From Azolla caroliniana (Eukaryota > Plantae > Polypodiophyta), in assembly GCA_043228905.1 (NCBI GenBank), contig JBHGNT010000007.1, forward strand, positions 2,480,001 through 2,544,000: a DNA stretch of 64,000 nucleotides, read 5' to 3'. Positions 12,713 to 26,150 of this stretch are shown piece by piece. The notes below the pieces were generated by a model. It saw only the letters and a program-made list of their open reading frames with translations, had not been told where the DNA came from and made no database searches. How positions within the stretch are numbered: position 1 is the first letter of the stretch; each line of letters begins with the position of its first letter. The position numbers were made by a program, and so were the translations under genes.

Positions 12713-15596
12713 AACATTAATACTCGAGGTAGAAGAGACTATCTTGTATTGATATATGTCATATCGTTCATGTGCATGGACAAACACACCTTGAAGAATT
12801 GATGTTCCATTTCTCTATTCCATGTTGAAGCCTTGGTGCAACGAATGTGGAGAATCCATCCAAGAAAGGGAAAGAGAGGAAATGTTTTTGTAGATAAACA
12901 TGAGATCACATAATTCCATTATTGAAATGTTTTTAATCCTTTCCTTACAAATATGTTTTGTGAACTAGCATTGTCTATTTTATGTTATGGGATGTGTTTT
13001 ACACGTACCTTTCCCTCTTGAAAATAGCATGGAAGCAAGTTATTAACATTATCACCCATAGTACTTATACTTTTGAGGCCATACGTGCGTGGATTACGCA
13101 CTTTGATTGCTTCTTGTCACTAGTTCTATGTGTATGTATAATGTAAGCTATTGGTGAAATAAAGGCAATGTATAAAAAACTTAAATGAAAATGACATTAT
13201 AAAGCAAAATAGGGACCGCAAGGAAAGGGCCAACATAATGATCAAATTCTTGACATTGATTTTACCTTGAGTGTTTGTCAGATGTTGATCTCCTAAAACA
13301 AGAAATCCATATATCTTGTTAGGTTGTCTCTTTCTTTTTGAGGTTTCATTCGTCTTTAGTCTCTAGATGCATAACAATAATTTGTTGATTGATTGATTGA
13401 TTGATTTACCACAATCAATAGATTATGAATTAGGATATAGGATTCCTGTAATATAATAATCCTAGGAAATGATGGGCATTCTATAAAGGGGAATAATAAG
13501 TGAAGTATACACATTTACATCTTATCGCCTCTAAAATGAATGTAAAAGGAGATTAAAGGATGATGTATTAGCTTTAATAATTCTCAAGAATATATATTCA
13601 TTGCACTTAGATTGATTTCATGTGTGAGGTGACTAAGGTCCTCATTTTTACTTTCGATGCATGATTTTGGACATGATGCTCCAAACTAAGTCTTACTTTA
13701 CCAAATTAGTGCCATTGAATATCTCACTATATCTTTTGCATGGAATTTTTTTATAAGGCATGCATGATTGTGTACGTGGTATTAGCATGACCTATGTATG
13801 AGTTCAAGAAAAAGGAAATCACACATGCATATCATTTAAAAGAGAGAAAGCCAATGTATATAAGTTGTTTTGGGCTTTGCTACTCTCGTCAAATCCATTC
13901 AGTTGTGAATGTATGGATAGGTTTTAGCGTATTTTTTGCTTACCAATAGATTAGGAACATATGCAACATACTAAGGACAAAGGAAAGTCAAACTTAGCAT
14001 TTGTATCGAGCTTTGTAAATGTTGACAAAGAAGTTGGTAAAATACTGAGATTTAAAAATTGTACACTATCTAGAATAGTCCATGTTAACCTAGTTGGCAT
14101 TGTGAAATATTACTGTTGGGTAACCTAACAATAAGGAACGTTTTAAAATGCTTCAATATCATTTATGTTTCCCAATTGTTACATACTAATGATCTTTTAT
14201 TACATTTGTACAACAAATTTACGATTGCATCGATTCATGGTGGACTTGTATTCGTAAGGGCAATGTATCCTTCCAAGGGCACTAAAAGTTTCAGTGGACA
14301 TAAAAAGTATGTTTGCCATTGTTGAAATTGTGTTGTGCCAACTAGGAGTTCGAGTTGTTCTTATGTCAATAACTTCCCCTCGAGGTAGTTGAAAAAAATA
14401 TTTCTACATAATCTTTCCATGGTCGTCGCAAACTTTTTGTCAGAGATTTCAACTGTTTTGTTTTGTGAAAGTTGGAAAGGTACTATTTAATTCATCAACT
14501 GTGTTCATATTACGTATGATAGATACCTCATGAAGATATGGATGCATTTTGAACTGTATGAAGGCCCATGAAAATAATACTAATAGATTCATAATGAAAA
14601 TGATATATCAAACTTGTTTCTCATAACTCATTCGGGAAAGGCTCAATGATTATTGTTGTGAAATGAACGCATTAATGTATTCGCTAAACCAAGTTTAATT
14701 ATTCGTAAATGGGAGATATGATAAACATTTGCACTTATGCATGATCCAATAAGTATACTTGCACATATGTTTTACTATATTCAGTCATTGTACTTTGAGC
14801 TCAAAAATATTGATGGCTTGTAAGTTCCACAAATACCGGTGGCTTCAATGTCTCAATAAAATAGTCAAAGCTCCTAAGACATTCCAACAAAAATAGCCAT
14901 GACGTACTTCTAAGTCCTAACAATTGGAAGGGGAAATGACATGTTCTGCAATGAAAAGGTGTTATGATGTAGGTCATCACTCATAGTGAGATCATCCTCC
15001 TTATTAGACTGTGTCATTCCAGGAGTAACTAAGGGAAAAAGCAAAGAAAGGTATAAAAAGATCAACTAATCTGGTTGGGAAAAGAAGCCATGGAAACAAT
15101 TCTACATAATGTTTCTATTTGAAAATATACATCACATCATATACATGAATGCACGATAACGTACAAATAGGTTCATGTATGCACACATTCACATAAAGAA
15201 AATGGAGGGATATCCAACCGCATTATTGACTAGACATGCACTTGTCCCAAAATTTGTTTAAGGTGTAGGATCGAGTCTCAAGAATTGAGTTATGGCGTGG
15301 TGGAGTTGGAAGATGAGCAACCTACTTGGTATAGGTGATGACTGTACCCAAGATTTTCGTCGTAGGAGCACGATTGAGTGAGGGAGTACATGTACACAGT
15401 GCAAACGAACATATGGTGGATGTAATATGGGTGAAAACGAGACGGAATAGGCCATACAACTACAGACTGGTGACCGTGACAAATAAAACAAATGCAGATG
15501 CATTGGTCAGGCGACTCGATCAGGAGTGCCATGGGGCAAGGATTCGATGGATGGTTTGTGGGTGGCAATGGCGACAATCCGTTTGCAAGTTAGGAT

Positions 15597-15773
15597 AGAA
15601 ACAAAGAAAGCATTGGATTGGCGACGATCGATCTGCATGACAGGATTGAAGCAAACAAAGCATTTGATGGGCGAATGGCTGATCCACATGTCAAGAGAGA
15701 AGCAAACAAAGCATTGGATTGGCGAATGATCAATCCACATGTGAGGATCGAAGCAAACCAAGGATTGCATTGG
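15597..15773 (+). repeat. 51-bp minisatellite, ~3.5 copies, followed by (CA)n
   Basis: Core GAAGCAAACAAAGCATT recurs with variation at ~15597, 15648, 15699 and 15750. Confidence 0.85.
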
Positions 15774-15816
<43 letters not shown>

Positions 15817-15963
15817 CTCTTAGACACACACTCACCCAGACTCATCATAATTAGCCTAACTTCTAGTGGTAAGTTGTTACACTATAGTACATCGCTATGT
15901 CTTGGGTTCGAAACCTAATTTTCTCACCTCTTTATTACGCCATAGATATCTCTTATTGCGAGA

Positions 15964-16005
<42 letters not shown>

Positions 16006-16330
16006 GAGTGCATCATTGGTGGTGGGCAATGGAAAGTGCCAAAAGGGGAAAAAGAAGAAAAGGAAAGGCCAAATCTATAATTTTGCATAAACAGAGATCA
16101 TCTTCTCCCCGTCTCTCTCTCTAAACTCTAGAGACGTTCTCTCGTTATAGAACGCAAAATCAATGGAAAACAACAGATTTCTCTCGCTAAAAACAGCATA
16201 TCCTCCCCCTCTCCATCGGCCATAATTAATTAAAGAGACCTAGCAAATCCCTTCTCTCTCTCTCTCTTAGGTGGGTGTCGTTTTTTTTGACTTTGATCTT
16301 GACAATCGGTTCTCGATTCTTCTGAGTTTG

Positions 16331-19300
16331 ATGATGATGGCCTCGGAGATGATTCGGAATCGGAATCAGAATCAGAATCTGTACCTGAATCTGAATCGGA
16401 ATCTGAATCTGATGTGTGCGCACCATCTCTCCATGTGGGCGATCTTGTTCTCAACCCTAATGCTTAGCTTCACTGCGGATTGTGGAGCCACCAAACACAG
16501 TAATCGTCATGAATACACATCCACCTTCAGCCCTGCTAATTACCATGGCGTAGCTCATCACAGGAACATCGCACTCAGCATAAACCCTAGTGACCACAAA
16601 AACCCTAATGGGACCAGAAACCATAGTCATGATCATGCCACATCTCTTCCCGCCATCACTAACCTTAGCATCACATATGAGACCATGTTCTTCACACAAC
16701 AGTTGGACCACTTCTCGTTCACACCTGAATCATATGGCACCTTTGAGCAGCGCTATCTCCTGAACGATCATTATTGGGGCGGGCCAAGCCTCCGTTCGCC
16801 CATCTTTGTCTACTGTGGAAACGAAGGCGACATAGAATGGTTCGCCAACAACACAGGGTTCCTGTGGGAACTCGCCCTTACATATCAAGCCTTGGTGGTC
16901 TTTCCTGAGGTATATACTTCTATTCATTCATCATGTCAAATGCTTCTCATGTAGCCATATTGTCTATGTCAAATGCTTCTCATGTAGCCATATTATCATT
17001 CATTCATTCATGCATGCATTCATGTGTATGTGTGGATGCATGCCAGATGTTGACTGGTTTCTGATACCATCATTCTACCGCATTCATGATATATATATGT
17101 ATGTATTTATGTATGTATGTATGTATATATATGATATAACCCTTTAGTTCATGCAATTTAGTAATGATAATATCCTTATTGAGTCAACAAATCTTGGTGT
17201 AGCATCGGTACTATGGAGAATCGATCCCAGGAATTGCAGTGGAGGAGCATACGAATGAAACGCTTGGCTACCTGACTTCGGAACAAGCCCTCGCGGATTA
17301 TGCTACCCTCATCCTTGACCTAAAGGCGAACCTGTCTGCTGAGGATTGCCCTGTGGTTGTGTTCGGAGGTTCCTATGGTGGAAGTAAGAGAATCTCTTAT
17401 ACCTATTTTCAAGCTCTTTTTCACCCAAAATCATTTGTATTTGTTAAAATATGATGTATTCTGGTTTTAATGAACCATTAACGTTTATTGAATTGCTTGC
17501 AAATATTTTTATCAGTGTTAGCGGCTTGGTTCCGCCTGAAATACCCACACATTGCAATTGGGGCACTCGCAGCGTCTGCACCGATCCTTGAGTTCGATAA
17601 TCTTGTCCCCTGGGATGGATTCTTTCGAATTGTATCCGAGAATTTTAAGGTAGGTTTCATCAATGATCATTAATATTAATAATGTATAGCCAAGTGTGAT
17701 AATATCTCAATCAAGATTGAGTCTTGAATCTTGAATCTTAAATATTGAATTGATTGATTGAGCAAAATGATGCCTTTAAAAAGGGAACTAAGGGATCGAT
17801 GTGATTCATAGAATGAGAGCCTAAGCTGCTTTGAGACTATCAAGGATTCATGGGACGCATTGAATGATGCTTATGATGAAGATGGAGGAATAGAGAGAGT
17901 GTCAAAGCTCTTCAATTTTTGCAAGTAAGTCTCTTCCTCTCTCTCCCTCTCGCTATATATATGTGTGTGTGAACACAATTCCATTGTATTTATTCATATT
18001 GATTGGACGCATTTGTGTGTCCTCTCATATATGGATTCCACACTGTAGATATTAGCAATGCCATAAATTCATCCATTTTATACCCTAATATCAACTGTAT
18101 ATTCACTCGTTCATTCATTCATTCATTATGATAATGAGTGTTGTAATATGTTTTCTATTCCGAAGATTGAAGATATTCACATTGCAAGTATAATGGGGCT
18201 TCATTTCATATGCTACGTGACATTACTACTCTACTCTGTTGATTGATTTAATGAAGAATTATGATCTAAATTGCATATGTTTTAATACTAATGACTACTT
18301 GTATGTTTGTATTGGTTGATCATAACATAGCAACAATATGGTGGATTTGAGCTCAGTGGAGGATTTTTTATACTCTGCATGGATATACATGGCGATGACA
18401 AACTATCCCTATGAAGCAAACTTCCTAGAGCCAATGCCTGCAAATCCAGTGAAAGTGGTAACAAATTACACTTGCATACACCTGATATACGTCTACTATA
18501 AAAACCGCATCTCATATGATTTTGATAATTCGCCAGAATACCCTTCATTTCCCATGAAATCCTTAGACTATCCTTTATATTATAAATCGAAAATGCTCTC
18601 TTGGCAACATCCCCCCTCTCCTAATCATGGTTCTGAAAACTTCCCCCCTATTACCCCAAGCTTATCATGCAAATTCCTGAAACATGAGTCATTCTGAATG
18701 TTGTTAGAAATCCTAGCACTCAAAATTTTCTTTTATAGGCATGCGAAGCAATTGATTCGTTCCCTGAAGGTACTGATGTTCTGACAAGGGTCATAGCGGG
18801 TGCGAATGTGTACTACAATGGTAGTGGCCAAGTCCAGCAATGTTTCAATATGAGTAATTCCGATCCACATGGCCTTGCCTTGTGGAGTTGGCAGGTAATT
18901 CCAAGCAATTAATTTCAAATTTGATTCATTGAATGTTTAAGTGGGGTTCACGCCATGACATGCTCTGCGAAAAGTGTGTGCTAATTACATGATTGAAGTA
19001 TAAGAGTATAAGATTCACACTTAATTTGTCCCAAACTTATATTATATTGGGCTAATACACTAATAACTCATTTGCCAATGTTCCTATATTACCACATGTA
19101 TACTGGGTTAGCTAGCAATACATAACGATGGTATTTTAGTACATTTGATTAACTTTGTAATTTGTATCCTAGGCTTGTACAGAGATGGTGATGCCTCTGA
19201 GTAGCAACCCAGAGAATAGCATGTTCCCTGCATCCAATTACTCGTACAAGAGCGCAGCAGAGGAATGTATCCAAGAATTTGGAGTTTCACCGAGGCCCCA

Positions 19301-20899
19301 TTGGATCATTCAAGAGTTTGGGGGAAATGTAAGTTTGTATGTACTATATAAGTTGTGTATATATTAGGCACAAATTATTAACGACAATGATTTCCCAATG
19401 TTGGGCATTAGGAATAAGCATTATGCAAAACCTTGCCAATAAATAATGTGTAGCTTTGAAATAATAATAGAACAAACTGAAACATGAGCAAAACTAGGGC
19501 CCCAAGTCCCATTGGTAGTGCTTAGGTCTAAAATCTCTATAGAGGTTTGGCAATGTGAAGGTTTGGTTAAAAGTAAGGAGGTCCTAACTTAAGCAATTTT
19601 GTCAATGGAGGTGCATAACCATTGCCTTCATTTCACCAACCATTTTTGGTGGTGCCTAACTTACGCAATCATTAATGGAAGTGAATAACCATTGCCTAAT
19701 TTCTTGCCTCGATTTCGAATAACCCATATTTAATAATGAATCCTATATATATATACCCCTAAGCTTTTATTTGCAAAAATCCCCTCAATAATTAGAGAAG
19801 TAGAGAGAGTTTAAGAAACAATTTTGTGAGGGTTGTGATGTATCCGGAGCCTTACTTGTACAAGTTCATAATGTTGAACTAAGGAGTAAAATGTCATGAT
19901 ATGTTGGGTGTAGTAGCTCATGAAGTATGTACATCAATTAGGAAACATGCTCCAAAATGGGATCAAGGCTCAGGAAAAACCATCCTTTTTGGAAAAGATG
20001 AAACTTTTATAGTTCGGTTCGTAAAGGGAAGAAAAAATTATGTCACTTCTTTATTACGAGGGTGATACTTTCAATGAAACCGAATACTTTACTTTTGGTA
20101 TACTTGCAAAGGATTCATATGCTTTTTATTTTATTTTATATATATGAGGATATTACTTTTTATGAATTCCTTTACTAGAACTAGGTTTTCCTCAAGAAGA
20201 TGTATTTTATGAGGGGCCGTGGTACTTGAAATTTCTTAGATAAAGATAGCATATGCCCCAAGGTTATAGATATATGTAGATATGTATTTATGTCTTTATG
20301 TATCTCAAGCCTCTAAAACTCTACTTCTAAATTGGCAGGATATCCGGAGTGTGTTGAAGCACTTTGCGAGCAATATTATATTCTCAAATGGCCTTCTAGA
20401 TCCGTGGAGCAATGGAGGGTCTCTCTCTCTCTCTCTCTCTCGCACACGCACACACACACATTGTGATAATTTTTATTGATTTGTATTATTCATTTTCCAG
20501 GGTTTTAGAAGATATCTCAAAGACAGTGGTTGCTTTAGTGACTCCCAAAGGTACATATGTAATGTATACGTTAGTTCTCTAATATTTACATATAATCCTT
20601 GTGTGTCGGTATGTATTAAGAGTTACATTACTTGGGGGTGTAAGGTATATATATATATCTCACGTACAACAATTGGGTCGGGGTGTCTCACATGGAAGTT
20701 TGAGTGTCGTTATATACCAACAAACAAGTGATAATGATAGCTTGCTCTTTATGCAACTTAAGGTGCACATCATTTGGACTTACGGGCATCTACGTCCCAA
20801 GATCCTCATTGGCTACGTAAACAACGCGATGAGGAAAAGAAACACATAAGTCGGTGGCTTCATCGATACTATTCCGACTTCAACTTCAGCTCTTCATGA
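16331..20899 (+). CDS. Lysosomal Pro-X carboxypeptidase-like serine peptidase (family S28, PRCP-like)
   Basis: Exons 16331-16909, 17203-17383, 17516-17649, 17812-17924, 18331-18457, 18739-18894, 19173-19328, 20339-20418, 20501-20550, 20763-20899 = 1713 nt in frame (570 aa). Motifs [79 protein letters not shown] and GAHHLD supply the Ser/Asp/His triad. The start could instead be the ATG at 16412. Confidence 0.95.
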
Positions 20900-22792
20900 T
20901 TCATTGATCAACTCCAAAAGTTTGTCTATACATTGTCATGGTTGAAGACATTTCTACATGAACCATGAATGTGCCCATGGTAGCATGGGCTCATGATAGC
21001 ATCATCACCATTATTAGTGCAAGAATCTTTCGGGAATTGCTATCCTCTTTATTGAGTCCATATCCAATGCATTTAAGGAAACAAGAATAATAATGAAATA
21101 TACTAGAGTTTCCATATCATGATTAAAATTGTATTGTGCTATAGACACCTCCTTATAAAATCAATCAACTTCATCTTTGTGGCAAGAAATAATTTCATAT
21201 TGCGTGCGCATAAGTTATTTGTCTCGATTGAGTCGATATGAATCCTTGGTCGATGTGCCGCTACATATATTTGTGTAGGTAGCTTTTTCTACTTGTAGCT
21301 CTAGAGTCTATATCAATAGCTCTAGAATTTATTGGACCAATAAAAGACTTCAAACTTGAAAAAGATCAAAAGTTGAAGTGAAATGTCGTTTGGTTTTGCC
21401 TTTTCCTTTGGTTTGGTTTAATAGAGGGACTCCATTCATCACCATTGGATGAAACCAAAATTTCTTGTTTCACCCACTTTTTCTAGACACAAGTCTACAA
21501 GTAATTTTCAACTTTTTAATCCATTTCTTTGACTTTGGATACCCATTTCTACACACTCACATAATTTCCCTAACACTCCCCATTGGCACTCTCGATTGTA
21601 TGTGTCTAGGCTCTCCCCCCTATTATTTCTTTACATGTGTCTGACATGAATAGTGTCAAATGCTTGTTTGATGGTCTATTTGTTCTTTTGTACTTCGTCA
21701 AAAAGGTGGTACTTTTCTCTATACATCTCTTTTTTTACTTGTTTGTATATGTGTTCAGAGATTAAACAATGTTTCTTATATGTCATCTATCCGCTTGGGC
21801 TTTATCACTATTATATACAGATAATGACAAATAACATGAATATCTTTTCTTCATCACTTAATTCGTTATGCTCGGCTCTTCTTATCCAAATGCATACACT
21901 AAATGCAATTTATAGAGGACAATAACATGGATATTATGTTGGACGATGTTGGAAGAGAAGGTGCTCGATTTCATGGTTTATTTTAATACAATAGATAAGA
22001 TTTCGGTTATCAACATGAGCAACATGATCAAGCATGCAAAAAGAGATCATATTCCAAGCTTTTTTGCAAAAGCTCAGGCACTTGTATGTACTTGACGCAA
22101 GCCTTCAAGTTTATCATTAAGATCTTATCTATCTATCAAATAAATTTCATTTACACACTCTCAAGAAACAATTGTCTGAGCATATTAGAGCATAATGGAA
22201 GTCTCGCCTCATCCTATGTATTGAGAGAGATTTGGAATGTCAAATTGGGTCTACTGGGAGTGAATTTTATGCCAAATTCATTGGATGGATAAGTTTATGT
22301 ATTGGAAGTAACAATCTTAGCCATGTCATATAAGTTTATATATTATGGAACCCATGATATTATATTATTTGTTACTACCAAGGACAATTTGTGCTTCATC
22401 TATATCAAGATATGAATCAATCCGAATAATCTAATTAAGATATTTCAGGATTGTTTCATCTATATTAGCAAATCAAACCTTCTTTTGAGTTGAATAAAAG
22501 AGGGTTTTGCATTCTATTTTGCAAGCTCTTCAATATTTTTACTGGAAAATGACGGATAAGATGGGAATCACATGGGTTATGTCGAATCATCTATAAACCC
22601 TTAAGTGCTTAGGGTTATCGGCAATATTGGATTTATTTATGCAAATGATGGTTTGTAGTTTTTCATTATTGCAAGACGTGTGTTCACACACAACCATAGA
22701 TATCGATTGTCTTAATATTTCATGGAGAGTGAGGATAAAACACATGCGAGGATGTAAAGAATCAAGTGTATGATTCTGTGCAACAGAATAGA

Positions 22793-22862
<70 letters not shown>
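22793..22862. repeat. (TG)n(AG)n compound microsatellite within a possible LTR remnant
   Basis: Directly visible. The minus strand at 23154 begins TGTTGAGAATC, which is LTR-like, but no matching end with a TSD was found. Confidence 0.9.
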
Positions 22863-22865
<3 letters not shown>

Positions 22866-23734
22866 ACACAAGATAGACAGAAACTCTAGGAAACTCTATT
22901 CACAAGAATAATAACCAACCACCACACAAAGAAGAGGAGAAGGTGCTTATATGGTCACATTCTCTCTACACTCTCTTACTACAACTACCACTTGGGTAAG
23001 AGGAGGGAACTTAACTACCTACTACTAACTATGTGTCATAGAAGTTAAGTCTTATGACACATTAGTTATGTTACATAGTAGTGGTGGTGGGTCCACACAT
23101 TAGTAGTTGTAGAACGTGTTCACACCATAGGGAAGTTGAGTTTGATTCTCAACATAGGACAATGATTAAGATATTATGGTGACAATTACTTAATCTAAGT
23201 ATTCCTCATTCTTCATGTGCTAAACATTTAGTTGTCTCATCATATGAAGCCATCTCCTTATTTGTATAGGCACCATCATTAAGAGGGCAACGTTGTAATT
23301 CTTTGCAAAAAGAGTTATAGACGACTTCCTAGTAATTATTTTGCCCCAATAATGCAATATTGCACTCTCAGTTTAATTGCTTGTATCATTTGGGGAACAA
23401 AGAGGTGGAGATATAGTTAAAGCTCGATTCCAACGAATTTTGGAGTTTGTTGAAGTGGGACAATTACTATACATCCCACCCAATTATTCGCTTATTTGAT
23501 AGCAACCACACAATGTAACATCAATGCAATGTCCATTACCTATACAAACAAAAGAGTCATTGTGGCTTGATTGATGTTTACGAAGTCAAGCATTATTTTT
23601 ATAAATGACTACACCATTTTTACAAGTGACTACTAAGATGGTCATTGTCTAACACTAAACGAGAATTGAAGATATAAAACTATAATTCTCTAAAAAAATC
23701 AACAAGATACACAAGAGTGTATTCGTCTCATATT

Positions 23735-23782
23735 TGGGTTGAGTTGGATTCGAACCAACGTAAGCGTAGATTGTGGCAAATC
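23735..23782 (-). pseudogene. 3' fragment of a tRNA resembling plastid trnY-GUA (possible NUPT relic)
   Basis: Minus strand TACGTTGGTTCGAATCCAACTCAACCCA has an intact T arm (GTTGG-TTCGAAT-CCAAC) and an acceptor 3' strand similar to plastid trnY as recalled. The 5' half is absent. Confidence 0.4.
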
Positions 23783-24346
23783 TTAAATTTTAGTTGGAAT
23801 TCTAAATTGCCACATCTAGCAAAGGTCTTCATTTGGAGAGTATTGATTAAGGGTTTGTCTTTGGGATTACCTTGAAAGAGACATGGACTAACAATAGGCA
23901 ATTTCTTCTATTGCAATGTTGAAGTGGAAGATAATATTCATCTTTCCATTCAATGTTTGATCACTCATCATATTTGAAGTTAAATCTTAGATTTGGAAAG
24001 TTTTGTCACATTGTTATTTGATGCCAAGATAGTGGGTATTTGTACAATTCACTCAAAGTCGACTCAAAATCAGAGATGGAGATTGTTTTCCTATTTTCGA
24101 GATATGGGGATTGCATCATAATTAGGATATGCACAATGCTTTTGGATTTGATGGTAGGCATAGAGTGAGTATAACTATAAAAGTTAAAGGAAGTAATCAT
24201 GTGGTAGTTTTGTTTATTAGGTATGAAATCCTTTCCTCAATGGGGTGTTTGTCTTGCGTAGTAACGATTTAGCATGTCCCACTATTAGTGTGGCAATCAC
24301 ACTATTCAATTGGGGTACCGTTGTAGTGTTTTTCACCCCCTATATT

Positions 24347-24484
24347 GTAGAGGAGAGCTCAATTGGTAAGGTTGCTTGGGGGAGACTAGAAGGGCATGCA
24401 TTCAATCCCTATTTGTAGAGAGATAGCTCAATTGGTAAGGTTGCTTGGGAAAGACTAGAAGGTCATGCATTCAACCCCTATATT
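24347..24484 (+). mobile_element. Tandem dimer of a ~68-bp tRNA-derived (SINE-head-like) unit
   Basis: Each copy has an A-box-like (T)AGCTCAATTGG and a degenerate B-box GCATTCAA(T/C)CCC at tRNA spacing, followed by TATTT. No intact cloverleaf. Confidence 0.5.
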
Positions 24485-25249
24485 TCACTGTGGCCTCAAA
24501 TTTAACATACATAGGAAACTTTTATTATCAATAAGAATAGCAAGATTATACCAAAGACTAATGTTGAACCAAAATTGGATCTTCCCTACAATTTGTACTC
24601 CTAGACTTCTTGGTCAGTTATTGTGCATGATTACCACTTGGTGATCCGACATAGTTATCATATGATAATGTTAAAGTCTAACATGCACATCAAGGCGGTC
24701 ATAGAGTCAAGGTTCCCTAAACGAATGGTATTTTGTACATTCATTAGACTATTCCCCTCCTGCAATGATGAGTTTTCCAAGTGCATGAGTTACAACTTAG
24801 TTTATCACCATGCCAACAATGAAATTTTGATCAAGGCTTGGGCATTTGGAAGATTCCCTAAGGGTTCACAAGTTCGATCACTGGACGTATAACCTAAATA
24901 ATCCACAAGTTGCATAGCTATGGAGCTCAAAATAACATAGACCTCAAACTCTAGTCTATCAACAATTTGAACGAGAGGTGATGGTTGAACCACTCAATCC
25001 ATAATGGAACTAGAAGCATGACATTCCAATAATGAGATGTGGATCATTGGGTTTAGAACCATATATCAAATAAGATCTAAAGGGAATGCCACACCATCAA
25101 TTTGATCATATGGTAAATGGTCTCTAATGAATATTTGAGTTGATGACTACATAGGCTTGATTATTGGGCAACCTAGGTTATATGCAAATGTTGAGGAAGT
25201 AGTGATATTTATTGAATGTATATGAGTTAAGGAATAAATTTAAACAAAC

Positions 25250-26150
25250 AAATATAAGAACCAAGAGAAAGAAAGTAGGCTATATAAAGCTTCCTAATAG
25301 GGTTATTGCCTTCACACAAAAAAATGAATGGGATGAGCATCTAAAACTAGCAAGGATACATGCAATCGATGTTTTGAAATCTTGAGATTGTAGTGCCTAA
25401 TACAAGTTAGTCCTTTGGAATTGGTCCACTAATAGGCTGTGCCATATTTTAGGGGAAGCATTTGAGAAACAAATGCATGCAATGATAAGGATCAATCAAG
25501 ATTAAAACTATTTCTCAAACCCAAAAAGAAGCTTAGAACTTTTTTGTTGACAATATAACCAACTATTATGAATGCCTGCATAAACCAAAATTTCAAGGAA
25601 AGTTTGGAACTCATGTGTGGTAGAAATGAAGGGGATGTGTTGCTAAAGTTTAACACCTTGCGCTAGACTAGGCATGGTTTGGTAAGCGAAGCTAAAAACT
25701 CTTGAAGAAGGTAAAGACTCATATCTGCACCTACACATGGGCAAAGATCATCAAAATCTCCAGTAATGTGTTGAATGGTGTCGTGATGTGGGAAGCTCAC
25801 ATGAGGAAATGTATTAGATCTATATACAAGATTGATGGGTAGGATAGGCACTATAAGGACAACAATTGACAAAACGAACTCTAAGATAATAGAAAAATGT
25901 GGCCCAATTGGCAAGAGCTAATTTTCAAGAAAGAAAGGTCAACACGGTGATCAATATTTTCCTCATTCTAGGCATGGAAGAAAGATAAGTAAAGGTGCAT
26001 GCAAAAGTTAGAAATGTGAGAGGTCTATCAAAGGGAGAAGAGAGCTCATTGTCAAGTATCAATATTTTGTACGAGGTGGATGCACAATTGAAATTCATTG
26101 AGAGTTCAAGATTGCGAATCAAGACCGATGACAAAAGACAATGAACCCAA
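25250..26150 (-). mobile_element. Degenerate LINE fragments (endonuclease-like and C-terminal motifs)
   Basis: Minus-strand QHITGDFDD resembles the APE endonuclease GDFN motif, and LASFRCSSH near 25340 resembles the LxxFRxSSHxL motif at LINE ORF2 ends. Frames are broken. Confidence 0.35.

Noticed and set aside
16230-16454. Antisense ORF with SDSDSD repeats resembling bacterial SD-repeat adhesins
   Set aside because: It is the reverse reading of the GAATCN hexamer in peptidase exon 1; no independent evidence.
19470-19940. LTR-like block in peptidase intron 7
   Set aside because: TATA and GA-rich layout are suggestive, but no matching TG...CA termini with a TSD were found.
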